A stretch of 57,222 bases of DNA from Syntrophomonadaceae bacterium. Lineage in GTDB: Bacteria > Bacillota > DSM-12270 > Thermacetogeniales > Thermacetogeniaceae. Below, one piece after another: positions 28,485-38,233 of this stretch (the first letter of the stretch is position 1; each line of letters starts with the position of its first letter). The notes under the pieces were generated by a model. The model saw nothing but the letters and a program-made list of their open reading frames with translations, did not search any database and had not been told where the DNA came from. The stretch lies in assembly GCA_012839645.1 (NCBI GenBank), contig DUMY01000198.1, forward strand, positions 1 to 57,222, given 5' to 3'. Position numbers and translations under genes: made by a program.

Positions 28485-28610
28485 ACATTCAGTGGGATCG
28501 GGTGGACGATGCTGCTGATAACTGCTCAAAAGAGGAAACTCCTGGCGCATCTAAGAGAGCAAGCGCAACTATGAACCAGAATATATTACCAAGTTGGGGG
28601 AGGCTTTTTC

Positions 28611-29819
28611 GTGGGAATTGTAGTACAAAAGTTCGGAGGTTCTTCTATATCGAATCCCGAGCTAATTAAAAATGTCGCCCGGCGTATAGTGCAGGCTAAA
28701 GAAAAGGGAAGCCAGGTGGTTGTAGTGGTCTCCGCAATGGGGGATACCACAGATGAGCTGCTGGATCTGGCACGCAAGGTTACTGCCAATCCCTGCAGCC
28801 GTGAAATTGATATGCTCCTCACAACCGGAGAACAAATATCTATTGCGCTAATAGCTATGGCAATTAACGAAATGGGGCACACGGCTATTTCATTGACCGG
28901 GTACCAAGCCGGTATAACAACAGATAATGCCCACACTAGAGCGCGTATTCTAAAAATTGATCCTGAACGGATTCGACAGGAATTAGATCAGGATAAGATT
29001 GTAGTTGTCGCCGGTTTTCAGGGCATGACAGATGCCGGGGACATTGCCACACTTGGGCGAGGGGGATCAGATACGACAGCTGTTGCCTTGGCCGCATCTC
29101 TGAAAGCGGATCTCTGTGAGATCTACACAGATGTTGACGGTGTTTATACAGCTGATCCCAGGATTATTCCTAAAGCTATGAAGCTTCGTTTTATTTCTTA
29201 TGATGAGATGCTGGAATTAGCCAGCCTGGGAGCCCTGGTCCTGCAGCCACGTGCTGTGGAGTTTGCTAAAAATTATACAGTCCCTCTTTCAATAAGATCC
29301 AGCTTCAACGAATGTGAAGGGACACTTGTAGGGGAGGTTAAATCAGTGGAAAGTTGTGAGCCTGTCAGTGGGGTTGCCCATGACTTAAATGTTGCGAAAA
29401 TTGGTATATTTGATGTCCCTGACCGTCCAGGTATAGCCAGGAACATCTTTTACTCTTTGGCAAGTGAACAGATCAATGTGGACATGATCATTCAAGGATG
29501 GGTGCGTGACGACAGGAACGATATTGTATTTACCGTAACCCGCGGTGATCTGGAAAAGGCTCTCCCGGTAGTGGAGAATATTGTCAAGGAAATCGGGGCA
29601 TCGGGTTTTGTCTATAATGACCGGGTGGCCAAGGTCTCTATAGTGGGAGCCGGTATGATTACCAATCCGGGAGTGGCAGCAAACATGTTTAAAGCCTTAG
29701 CCAAAGAGGGTGTCAATATTGAAATGATCAGCACCTCGGAGATCAAAGTATCCTGTATCATCGAAGAGGACCAAGCTATCAAGGCAGTGGGTGCCCTCCA
29801 TGCTGAATTTTTCGAGTAA
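28611..29819 (+). CDS. lysC: Aspartate kinase with two ACT domains
   Basis: VQKFGGSS, VSAMGDTTD, TLGRGGSDT, DVDGVYTADPR, ISTSEIKVS. Confidence 0.95.
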   Translation: MGIVVQKFGGSSISNPELIKNVARRIVQAKEKGSQVVVVVSAMGDTTDELLDLARKVTANPCSREIDMLLTTGEQISIALIAMAINEMGHTAISLTGYQAGITTDNAHTRARILKIDPERIRQELDQDKIVVVAGFQGMTDAGDIATLGRGGSDTTAVALAASLKADLCEIYTDVDGVYTADPRIIPKAMKLRFISYDEMLELASLGALVLQPRAVEFAKNYTVPLSIRSSFNECEGTLVGEVKSVESCEPVSGVAHDLNVAKIGIFDVPDRPGIARNIFYSLASEQINVDMIIQGWVRDDRNDIVFTVTRGDLEKALPVVENIVKEIGASGFVYNDRVAKVSIVGAGMITNPGVAANMFKALAKEGVNIEMISTSEIKVSCIIEEDQAIKAVGALHAEFFE

Positions 29820-29874
29820 AATGTGACCCGAGGGCGGTCCTGCCTGTATATACAAGGTTGTGGACATCTGGAAC

Positions 29875-29903
29875 TTGACATTGAAAACAGGTAAGGCTAC
29901 AAT
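29875..29903 (+). promoter_or_regulatory. Sigma-A promoter for tRNA-Pro
   Basis: TTGACA-17 nt-TACAAT. Confidence 0.75.
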
Positions 29904-29926
29904 AGTTAAGACATTTAAATATTGTT

Positions 29927-30003
29927 CAGGGTGTAGCTCAGTTTGGTAGAGCGCTAGCATGGGGAGCTAGAGGCCGCGGGTTCAAGTCCCGCCACTCTGA
30001 CCA
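29927..30003 (+). tRNA. tRNA-Pro(GGG)
   Basis: Acceptor CAGGGTG/CACTCTG, D-arm GCTC...GAGC, anticodon arm CTAGC-ATGGGGA-GCTAG, GTTCAAGTC T-loop, encoded CCA. Confidence 0.95.
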
Positions 30004-30013
30004 TCTACTTTGG

Positions 30014-30042
30014 GCGAGGAGAAACCTCGCATTTTCTTTTTT
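30014..30042 (+). terminator. Terminator after tRNA-Pro
   Basis: GCGAGG/CCTCGC stem plus T-tract. Confidence 0.7.
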
Positions 30043-30054
30043 GGGGGTTTCTTA

Positions 30055-31179
30055 TTGACAGCTAAGGTTCTTCATGTGATTAGACCCGCCCAAGGGGGCA
30101 TGAAAAAACACCTGGAAATATTGTTTCAGGGACTGAAAGAGGACAGGTTTGACCTCTATCTGGCTGTACCTGCTTCCAGTGATTTATCTATGGTTTTACG
30201 TCCCTTCACACGTAGGACATTTATGATACAGCTTGATGAGGACAACAATCCTTTGCAAAACTGGCGTGCCATCTGTTATCTTGCCCGGATCATAAGCCAT
30301 GAAAGAATAGATCTGGTGCATACCCATGGTGTTAGAGCAGGAATAATCGGGCAGGCCGCCGCCCTGCTTGCACGCTGCCGGAAAGTAGTGGCAACCATTC
30401 ACAACATGCACAATACAACACTTCCGTTTTCCACTGTCCTACGCACCTTGCAGGCCTCTTTGATGAGAATGGCCGTCAGCCATACCATTACAGTTTCTGA
30501 AGCCTTAAAACGTGAACTGGAGACTTATATATGGCTCCCGCAGGAGAAGACAACAGTGATCTATAATGGCATCGATACGGATTTGTTTCTACCCGACGCG
30601 GGTATGCTGCGAACATCAATAGGAATCCCTGAAGATGTACCAGTTATAGGGACTGTGGCTCGGCTAGAGCCAACAAAAGGAATTAAATATCTTCTGGAAG
30701 CAGCACATCATATTGACAAAAAGTATGACACGGTTTATTTTTTAATAGTGGGAGATGGACCAGACCAGGATTCCTTACAGCAGCAAGCCAGAATACTGGG
30801 AATTGAGGAGAGGGTAATATTTTATGGCTTCTGCCACGACATTCCTTCTCTCCTGCCGGTATTTGATATAGCTGTAATCCCATCCCTTAGAGAGGGGATG
30901 TCAATATTCTGCCTGGAGGCCCTGGCCTCAGGTCGCCCTGTGGTTGCTAGTGAAGTTGGGGGACTGCCGGAGATAATACGTTCTGGGAAGACAGGCCTCT
31001 TGGTGCCTCCGGGGGATCCGGAGGCTTTAGCAGAAGCTTTAGTTTTTTTGCTTAAAAACCGTGAAATGGCCACATCTTTAGGGAGCAAAGGGAAGGAAAT
31101 GGTGGTACAATATTTTACATGCAGCCGTATGATAGAAAGGACCAAGGAAATTTATACAAAAGTTTTACAAGAGGATTGA
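30055..31179 (+). CDS. GT4-family glycosyltransferase
   Basis: GGMKKH, DLVHTH, IYNGID, VARL..TKG, EG-x5-EA motif (PSLREGMSIFCLEAL). Confidence 0.9.
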   Translation: MTAKVLHVIRPAQGGMKKHLEILFQGLKEDRFDLYLAVPASSDLSMVLRPFTRRTFMIQLDEDNNPLQNWRAICYLARIISHERIDLVHTHGVRAGIIGQAAALLARCRKVVATIHNMHNTTLPFSTVLRTLQASLMRMAVSHTITVSEALKRELETYIWLPQEKTTVIYNGIDTDLFLPDAGMLRTSIGIPEDVPVIGTVARLEPTKGIKYLLEAAHHIDKKYDTVYFLIVGDGPDQDSLQQQARILGIEERVIFYGFCHDIPSLLPVFDIAVIPSLREGMSIFCLEALASGRPVVASEVGGLPEIIRSGKTGLLVPPGDPEALAEALVFLLKNREMATSLGSKGKEMVVQYFTCSRMIERTKEIYTKVLQED

Positions 31180-31181
31180 GA

Positions 31182-33404
31182 ATGCCGGAGAAGAGATTTA
31201 ATAAATTATTAAAAACAAAAATATTCATGTCATTGCTGGTAATATTATGTTCCTTAATGCCGGCATTAGCCTGGGCTTCTGGTGGTGAAACAGAGCAGCG
31301 CAAGGTAATTCTTGTTATCTGTGATTATTTAAAAGCGGATGATTTAAATAGAACGGAATTAACACATCTACATAATTTTTTTGGAGAGGGAGGTATTGCT
31401 CTCCTAAACACCAATACTGCCGGGGCGCGAAACAGACAGAATGCTGCTGCAACCATTAGTGCCGGTCGGGTTGCCTTGAGTTCCGGTACAGAACCCCTTG
31501 TTTTTGGTCCCCGGGAAAATATCCGGGGTGAGGATCCATTGGTGCTTTTTCAGGCACGGACAGGGTTTACACCTGAGCAGGGCAATCTCGTTGTTTTAGA
31601 TCTACCTTCCATCCAGTGGGCAAACAAAAAGGATCAAAACAGAGCGGAACCAGGTGCTTTAGGGGATGCTTTGCATAGTAAAGGGCTCAAAACAGCGGCC
31701 ATCGGCAACTCGGATTTGCCTGGGGTTCCTTTGAGCAATCGTTCTGCAGCCTTAATCGCTATGGACCGCAAAGGGATTATTGACTGCGGAAATGTTTCTG
31801 AAGAAGTCCTTAATTATGATCCCAGTGATCCCTTGGGGCATCGCACAAATTACCCTAAACTTAAAAAAATATTCCTCCAACTATATTCACAAACAGATTT
31901 TATGGTGATCGATCTTGGTGATCTCGCCCGTCTCGAGCATAAAAGACAGCATCTTACTCCCCGTGTATACTTGCAAGAGAGAGAAAAAATATTACGTGAA
32001 TATAATGAATTTATTGGATTATTGATGGAAAAAACCGATTTATCACAAAGCCTTTGTCTTGTTGCAACAACAATTCCTACAATGGAGGAAGACAGCGATA
32101 AAAGGTATTTTGGCTTTATAGGTGCTCAAGGGAAGGATCTAAAAGAGGGACTGCTGTTAACGCCCACAACTAGAAAGCCGGGGGTTATCACATTATTAGA
32201 TATCGCTCCTAGTATTGGCTCATTTTTACAAGTGGCACCGGATTCCCTTTATATTGGCAGACCCTGGCATGTTGAACCGACGAAAAATAACCTAGCTGAG
32301 ATGCAAAATATTGAAAAGCGTACAGTTTTTGCATCCTTTCTCCGCCCTCCACTGGTAAAAGGCTATGTTCTCCTTCATCTTATAGTGCTGGCCAGTGTTC
32401 TCTTTTTTCTCGTTTTTGACCCGCGAAAAGGGAATTATCTGGGTCCCCTGCTGCTGGCACTTATTGCTGTACCGATAACCTTGCTCCTGACTTGTCTTAC
32501 AGACACTACCGATCTTTGGTTATATATGGTTCTTTGTTTGGTGATCGATGTTGTGTTAGTTTTGATAAGTATTTGGCTTGCCAGGGATAAGAATTATGAT
32601 TCCTTGATTTTTCTCTGCCTGGCTACAGTTATCGCTCTTCTGGTTGATACGATATCAGGGGGGCATTTACAAAGGTTTTCTGTGTTAAGCTATGATCCTA
32701 TGGGCGGAGCGCGTTTTTATGGGATCGGTAACGAGTACATGGGGGTACTCATGGGGGCTACCATTACCGGGGTATCACTCTTAGTCACACGCTTAAAAAA
32801 GCGCCCGGCTGTACAGTATTTTGTTGCTGGTGCTCTCTTCCTTTCCGTGTTGATTGTTTTAGGAGCCCCTTGGTGGGGAAGTAATTTTGGCGGTTTTGTA
32901 GCTTCGTTGATCGCTTTTGGCTACACGTTTTTGCGTTTATTCCAAATTAAGGTGCGCCCGCGGGATATCTTGATCGGCCTCTCTCTTATAGGCTTATTAG
33001 GTGGAGGTGTCTTTATTATAGACTACATGAGGCCACTTGAAATGCGGTCACACTTTGGCCAGTTTGCGTTTTCTGTTCAGACCTCTGGTTTATTAGCGGT
33101 TAAAGAAGTGATTATCAGGAAACTGGCTATGAACTATAAGTTAATCAAGTACACAATATGGACGAGAGTGCTTTTGAGCAGTCTGTTGGCTTTAGGGATT
33201 CTCTTTTATCGTCCTGTGGGGATCTTTAAGCGTCTGTTAACAAAAAACCCGGCTATAGCTGCTGGTCTTACCGGAGGGGTGCTGGGGGCTTTTACAGCTT
33301 TAATTTTTAATGATTCGGGAATTGTTGCAGCTGCCACAGCCATTATATTTCCTGCTGCAACATTGTTTTACTTAGTGCTTCGGGAACAAATAACTTCATT
33401 ATAA
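31182..33404 (+). CDS. Large membrane protein: extracytoplasmic alkaline-phosphatase-like alpha/beta domain plus about 10 TM helices
   Basis: Signal peptide, TTRKPGVITLLDIAPS, GARFYGIGNEY, GSNFGG, NDSGIV. Confidence 0.75.
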   Translation: MPEKRFNKLLKTKIFMSLLVILCSLMPALAWASGGETEQRKVILVICDYLKADDLNRTELTHLHNFFGEGGIALLNTNTAGARNRQNAAATISAGRVALSSGTEPLVFGPRENIRGEDPLVLFQARTGFTPEQGNLVVLDLPSIQWANKKDQNRAEPGALGDALHSKGLKTAAIGNSDLPGVPLSNRSAALIAMDRKGIIDCGNVSEEVLNYDPSDPLGHRTNYPKLKKIFLQLYSQTDFMVIDLGDLARLEHKRQHLTPRVYLQEREKILREYNEFIGLLMEKTDLSQSLCLVATTIPTMEEDSDKRYFGFIGAQGKDLKEGLLLTPTTRKPGVITLLDIAPSIGSFLQVAPDSLYIGRPWHVEPTKNNLAEMQNIEKRTVFASFLRPPLVKGYVLLHLIVLASVLFFLVFDPRKGNYLGPLLLALIAVPITLLLTCLTDTTDLWLYMVLCLVIDVVLVLISIWLARDKNYDSLIFLCLATVIALLVDTISGGHLQRFSVLSYDPMGGARFYGIGNEYMGVLMGATITGVSLLVTRLKKRPAVQYFVAGALFLSVLIVLGAPWWGSNFGGFVASLIAFGYTFLRLFQIKVRPRDILIGLSLIGLLGGGVFIIDYMRPLEMRSHFGQFAFSVQTSGLLAVKEVIIRKLAMNYKLIKYTIWTRVLLSSLLALGILFYRPVGIFKRLLTKNPAIAAGLTGGVLGAFTALIFNDSGIVAAATAIIFPAATLFYLVLREQITSL

Positions 33405-33506
33405 TTTCTGACATCCCACATTTTTACGGAACGGCGAGAGGCAATTCCTACAAACTTCCGACCTCCGGCCTAACATCTGACCTCCGGCTTCAGATCATCT
33501 ATTTTC
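33405..33506 (-). repeat. Heptamer-periodic intergenic repeat element, copy 2 (inverted)
   Basis: Reverse complement contains GAAAATAGATGA and GAAGCCGGAGGTCA, identical to 23259-23270 and 23284-23297. Confidence 0.7.
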
Positions 33507-33577
33507 TTATAAGTGCCACCATTAGAGGATGCAAACAGCGGCCAGAAAACGCACCTGGTGAATCTTAAAATAATTCG

Positions 33578-33605
33578 TTGACAAAACACCGTGAGGTGCT
33601 AAAAT
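33578..33605 (+). promoter_or_regulatory. Sigma-A promoter for speD
   Basis: TTGACA-16 nt-TAAAAT with extended TG. Confidence 0.65.
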
Positions 33606-33675
33606 TTAAGAAGATTATTTTGAAAAAATAGAGAAAGAGGCTTGATAAAAAGACAATATCAAGGGAGGTTGAGAA

Positions 33676-34062
33676 ATGACAAATATCAACTCTTTGGGGC
33701 GTCACGTATTAGCTGAATTTTATGGTTGTACTTTTGAAACACTGAATGACATGGAGATAGTGAAAGGTTGTATGATCGATGCGGCCCTGTTTGCAGGAGC
33801 AGAGATTCGAGAGAGTGTCTTCCATAAATTCAGCCCTCAAGGGGTAAGTGGTGTGGTAGTTATATCGGAGTCCCATTTGGCAATTCATACGTGGCCTGAA
33901 TTAGGCTATGCAGCAGTTGATGTTTTTACATGCGGGGAAAAGGTAAATCCCTGGGATGCCTGCAAGTGTCTCTCAGAAATGTTTCAGGCTGAACATATCA
34001 CAGCAACAGAAATGAGAAGGGGTATCATGGAACAAGGCCCCAGGGCAGCTGTCAATCAATAG
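33676..34062 (+). CDS. speD: S-adenosylmethionine decarboxylase proenzyme (class 1B)
   Basis: HKFSPQGVSGVVVISESHLAIHTWPE (ES/H cleavage site), DVFTCG. Confidence 0.93.
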   Translation: MTNINSLGRHVLAEFYGCTFETLNDMEIVKGCMIDAALFAGAEIRESVFHKFSPQGVSGVVVISESHLAIHTWPELGYAAVDVFTCGEKVNPWDACKCLSEMFQAEHITATEMRRGIMEQGPRAAVNQ

Positions 34063-34112
34063 GAGGGAGATATTTATTTTAGTAAGCTTAAATCATATGC
34101 AGAAGGGTTAGG

Positions 34113-34147
34113 TAATAAGCCTTACAAGGTCAGTGTAAGGCTTATTA
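34113..34147. terminator. 14-bp perfect hairpin, likely terminator
   Basis: TAATAAGCCTTACA / TGTAAGGCTTATTA. Confidence 0.6.
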
Positions 34148-34253
34148 TATTCTTGGCTCTTAGTTCTATAGTCTGGAAAACCCCATTATTATAACTCTCA
34201 ATCATGGAGAAATACTATTTTGAAGATTAATACCAAAAATCTTTTGTTTTTAA

Positions 34254-34282
34254 GGAGGAATTATTGAGAAAAGGGAGAATAG
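34254..34282 (+). promoter_or_regulatory. Sigma-H-like promoter of hdrCB
   Basis: GGAGGAATT-11 nt-GGAGAAT. Confidence 0.55.
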
Positions 34283-34323
34283 AGTTTTATGAGAGATTAT
34301 ATGCTTTTTAAGAGGGGGTCGCG

Positions 34324-34890
34324 ATGGGCGAGGTAAACTTATATCAGGTAATGGATCATAATCGGTCGTTTACGGATAGGGTCATTGCGGAGAGCGGACA
34401 GGATATTCGCCAGTGCTATCAGTGTGCTAAATGCTCTGGTGGATGCCCGGGCAGTACAGCAATGGATTACCCGCCGAACCAGATTATCCGGATGCTGATG
34501 TTGGGAATGAAGGAAGAGGTATTGAAATCTCAAACAATTTGGGTATGTATGGGATGCAGTACCTGTACAACCCGCTGTATTAGAGATATTGACGTTGCCC
34601 GGGTGATGGATACCCTGCGCCAGGAGGCAATTAGAGCGGGTTATGTCGACAAGGCAAAGTATGTGCTCAGTTTCAATGAATCATTTTTGTGGACGGTCCG
34701 GAGCTTTGGTCGTCTTTTTGAAGCGGGTATGGCCATGATGAACAACTCGAAGACAGGTAACTTTATGAAGGACATGCAGTTTGGGTTACCGCTCATGCTG
34801 AAAGGAAAAGCGTCAATGTTTCCCCACCGGATCAAGGGACGTAGAGAAATGAAAAATATCTTTGATAAGACGATACAGGGGGGGAAATAA
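34324..34890 (+). CDS. hdrC: Heterodisulfide reductase subunit C-like Fe-S protein
   Basis: CYQCAKCSGGCP and IWVCMGCSTCTTRC, VMDTLR. Confidence 0.9.
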   Translation: MGEVNLYQVMDHNRSFTDRVIAESGQDIRQCYQCAKCSGGCPGSTAMDYPPNQIIRMLMLGMKEEVLKSQTIWVCMGCSTCTTRCIRDIDVARVMDTLRQEAIRAGYVDKAKYVLSFNESFLWTVRSFGRLFEAGMAMMNNSKTGNFMKDMQFGLPLMLKGKASMFPHRIKGRREMKNIFDKTIQGGK

Positions 34891-35769
34891 ATGTCAAAGT
34901 ATGCATTTTATCCAGGCTGTTCATTAGAAAGCGGTGGTATTGAGTATGGGATGTCCAGCCAAGCGGTAGCAGATGCACTAGGCATCGAATTTCTTGAAGT
35001 GCCAGATTGGAACTGCTGTGGGGCATCTTCAGCACATATGACAGATCATCTATTATCTCTAGCTCTACCAGCCCGGATTATGGCTTTAGCCGAAACATTA
35101 CCTGTAACAGAAATTGTAGCTCCCTGTGCAGCTTGCCATGCTAGATTTGCCGCTGTAGAATACGAACTTGGACGGGATGATGACCTGAAACAGAAGGTAA
35201 ACTCCCTATTGGAGCGGCCCTATACCGGAAAGGTTAAATTAAGGTATTATATTGATGTTTTTTCAAATCCTGATACCCTTTCCAAGATTGAAAAGAAAGT
35301 AAAGAAAAGCTTGAAAGGGCTAAAGGTTGCTTGCTATTACGGGTGTCTTTTTGTTAAGCCACCTAAAGTAATGCAGTTTGTTGATGATCCTGAAAATCCC
35401 CAAGCAATGGACAACATTGTTAGGGCTCTTGGGGCAGAACCAATTCCTTGGCCTTATAAAACCGAGTGCTGTGGGGCTTCACTTGGTGTAACAGAAGAGG
35501 ATCACTGTACAAAGCTGTGCAATGATATCCTGAGATTTGCCAGGGATTCAGGTGCGGATTGTATTGTTGCTGCTTGCCCGCTCTGCCAGGCAAACCTTGA
35601 TATGCGGCAGGTAACTGTAGAGAAAAAATATGGTGTTAGCTATAGGATGCCCATACCCTTTTTCACCCAGTTAATAGGATTAGCCTTAGGTTTAAATCCA
35701 ACATCTTTGGGGATGAAGAAGCTATTTGTAGACCCGGCGGGGATATTGAAGAAAGTAGGAGTTGCTTAG
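34891..35769 (+). CDS. hdrB: Heterodisulfide reductase subunit B-like (CCG domains)
   Basis: FYPGCS, DWNCCGA, PCAAC, YYGC, ECCGA, CPLCQANLD. Confidence 0.92.
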   Translation: MSKYAFYPGCSLESGGIEYGMSSQAVADALGIEFLEVPDWNCCGASSAHMTDHLLSLALPARIMALAETLPVTEIVAPCAACHARFAAVEYELGRDDDLKQKVNSLLERPYTGKVKLRYYIDVFSNPDTLSKIEKKVKKSLKGLKVACYYGCLFVKPPKVMQFVDDPENPQAMDNIVRALGAEPIPWPYKTECCGASLGVTEEDHCTKLCNDILRFARDSGADCIVAACPLCQANLDMRQVTVEKKYGVSYRMPIPFFTQLIGLALGLNPTSLGMKKLFVDPAGILKKVGVA

Positions 35770-35775
35770 ACTACT

Positions 35776-36621
35776 GTGAGCGCAAATAGTGAAGTGACTT
35801 TTCATAATAACGAATATTTCACAGATAGGGGTTCTTGTTCTAAAGAGAACCCCTTACTACTAGAGGAAGAGGTTTTCCCTTTATCACGGGATTTACCGCC
35901 ATTATGGCACCCTATTGAGCGAGAACTGCGAGTGGTTTTTAAGAAGCTGGAGGCTACTTTGCGGCCAGAGGGCAGGTCTTTGTTAAAACAACTTATGCAG
36001 CCGTTGGATTATGAATTCCTGCTCCCGCCTGGGATGGTGCTCTTTAGTGGACACCTTTTTTCAAAAAGAGGAGATCAACACCTGCCGGCAATATTTATGG
36101 AATTAACATATCTGGGAACCAAATTCCTCAACCTGGCGGGACAACTCAGCTGCAAAGAGCAGCAGATGTTTGTTCTAACAGGTGATTATCTGTGTAGCCA
36201 TCTTTTTCATCTGATCTATGAATCAGAGAACATTTTCCTGTTAGAGAAGTTTTCCGCGTTGATAACTACAATGAATGAAGGTTTTTCTAGACAAGAAGGT
36301 TACAGGCTGAAGAGAACTGAACCTGGCAAAAATGAGATTAAGGAATATCTTTACAAGCAGTACGGGGTTTTTTATGGAGAGAGTTGTGCCCTCGGAGGGG
36401 TCTTTGCCGGCTCTAGCAAAAAAGAGCAGTTATTGTTGAAAGAGTTTGGAACTGCTTTTGGAATTGCTTACGGTGTGCACAAGAAGGGATATAGTTGTCT
36501 GTCTGCAGATGAGTTTCTGGAAGAGGGATTTCAAGCTCTGTCCTTGTTGCCCAACTCCCTGAGTAGAAGGGAACTGGAGTTTTTTGCGCGGAGAGTTATT
36601 TTAAATAGTTGCAGTGTATGA
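35776..36621 (+). CDS. Degenerate polyprenyl synthase-like protein (probable heterodimer component I)
   Basis: Prenyl-synthase-like layout (VLTGDYL, FG.AFG.AY) without DDxxD motifs; next to hepT. Confidence 0.6.
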   Translation: MSANSEVTFHNNEYFTDRGSCSKENPLLLEEEVFPLSRDLPPLWHPIERELRVVFKKLEATLRPEGRSLLKQLMQPLDYEFLLPPGMVLFSGHLFSKRGDQHLPAIFMELTYLGTKFLNLAGQLSCKEQQMFVLTGDYLCSHLFHLIYESENIFLLEKFSALITTMNEGFSRQEGYRLKRTEPGKNEIKEYLYKQYGVFYGESCALGGVFAGSSKKEQLLLKEFGTAFGIAYGVHKKGYSCLSADEFLEEGFQALSLLPNSLSRRELEFFARRVILNSCSV

Positions 36622-36670
36622 TAACTGCTTTTGCCAAAAAGCAAATGACAAAACTGTGGGGTGGACTGTT

Positions 36671-38128
36671 ATGGCTTATCGTGATCTACGTGAATTCACT
36701 GCAGTTTTAGAAAAGAAAGGTTTACTGAAGCGAATCAGTGCCGTTGTAGACCCGGTGCTGGAGATTACGGAGATTACTGATCGTATCAGCAAAATGAATG
36801 GTCCGGCGCTGCTCTTCGAAAAAACAAAGGATTCTTCCTATCCAGTCTTGATCAATGCCTTCGGGAGTTTTGAAAGAATGGCACTGGCCTTAGGTGTTAA
36901 AGACCTTGATGAAATTGGAGCACGGATTTCAGAACTCCTACAGCTTCAGGATATGCCGGGGGGGTTCTGGGACAAATTTAAGATTTTGCCACGACTTGCC
37001 GAGATCGGCTCTTGGGCACCAAAATTGGTTAAAAATGCCCCATGCCAAGAGGTGGTTCTTCGTGGTCAGGAAGCCACCCTAGACATATTTCCCATACTGC
37101 AGTGCTGGCCTGGTGATGGCGGTCGTTATATTACTCTACCTTTGGTTTTTACAAAGGATCCACAAACAGGTGGACGCAACCTGGGAATGTACCGTCTGCA
37201 GGTTTTTGACGGAAGAACTACAGGGATGCATTGGCATATCCACAAGAACGGAGCGGAAAATTATCGGTCTCACCAGAAGTTAGGTAAGCGTATGGAGGTT
37301 GCGGTTAGCTTGGGGGGAGATCCCGCGACCATTTATGCTTCTACAGCTCCACTTCCTCATGGTATTGATGAAATGCTATTTGCCGGCTTTCTTCGCCAGC
37401 AGCCGGTGGAAATGGTTAAATGTATTACCGTGGATCTGGAAGTACCTGCCCACTCAGAGATTATCCTGGAGGGGTATGTGGATCTAGATGAGGAGCGCAT
37501 GGAGGGCCCCTTTGGCGATCATACGGGGTATTATTCTCTTGCTGATTTTTATCCTGTTTTTCATATTAACTGTATCACTCACCGGAGGGATGCCATCTAC
37601 CCAGCCACTGTAGTGGGGAAGCCTCCTATGGAGGATTGTTTTCTGGGTAAGGCAACCGAAAGGATCTTTCTTCCCCTTTTAAAGATGTTCATGCCGGAAA
37701 TTGTAGACATGAATCTTCCGCTGGAAGGCGTTTTCCACAACTGTGCTGTTGTGTCGATCAAGAAGCGCTACCCGGGCCAGGCAAAAAAGATCATGTGTGC
37801 CATTTGGGGGATGGGGCAGATGATGTTCACCAAGATGATCATCGTTGTGGATGAACATGTGAATGTACAGGACATGTCTGAGGTTTGGTGGCGTGTCTAC
37901 AATAACACCGATCCCAAAAGGGATTTTATGATTGTGGACGGGCCACTGGAGATTCTCGACCATGCCTCATCTCTGCCTGCCTATGGTTCAAAAGTGGGAA
38001 TTGACGCCACCAAAAAATGGACCGGGGAAGGGCATCAAAGAGAATGGCCCGATGAAATTGTCATGAATGACAAGATCAAGGAGTTGGTGACGTCTAGGTG
38101 GAGAGAATACGGTTTTGATGATCAGTGA
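36671..38128 (+). CDS. ubiD: UbiD-family decarboxylase (menaquinone MqnL-like)
   Basis: MAYRDLREF, RNLGMYR, MHWHIHK, EGPFGDHTGYY, KVGIDATKK. Confidence 0.92.
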   Translation: MAYRDLREFTAVLEKKGLLKRISAVVDPVLEITEITDRISKMNGPALLFEKTKDSSYPVLINAFGSFERMALALGVKDLDEIGARISELLQLQDMPGGFWDKFKILPRLAEIGSWAPKLVKNAPCQEVVLRGQEATLDIFPILQCWPGDGGRYITLPLVFTKDPQTGGRNLGMYRLQVFDGRTTGMHWHIHKNGAENYRSHQKLGKRMEVAVSLGGDPATIYASTAPLPHGIDEMLFAGFLRQQPVEMVKCITVDLEVPAHSEIILEGYVDLDEERMEGPFGDHTGYYSLADFYPVFHINCITHRRDAIYPATVVGKPPMEDCFLGKATERIFLPLLKMFMPEIVDMNLPLEGVFHNCAVVSIKKRYPGQAKKIMCAIWGMGQMMFTKMIIVVDEHVNVQDMSEVWWRVYNNTDPKRDFMIVDGPLEILDHASSLPAYGSKVGIDATKKWTGEGHQREWPDEIVMNDKIKELVTSRWREYGFDDQ

Positions 38129-38233
38129 TAGATAATCATTGAATGCCATATCAATGAAAAAAGGTTTTTTGTTTGTTATGCAGAAAATTTATTTATAGGT
38201 TTTTTAAACTGATCTAACTTGGTGGTTGGTTAA

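Noticed and set aside
28445-28669. 74-aa ORF, lysine riboswitch or hammerhead (CTGATAA...GAAAC) before lysC
   Set aside because: ORF overlaps both neighbours without an SD; spacer too short for an L-box; hammerhead core is CUGAUAA rather than CUGAUGA and flanking stems are missing
29927-30060. tRNA-Pro as an island integration site
   Set aside because: No integrase and no duplicated tRNA 3' end found
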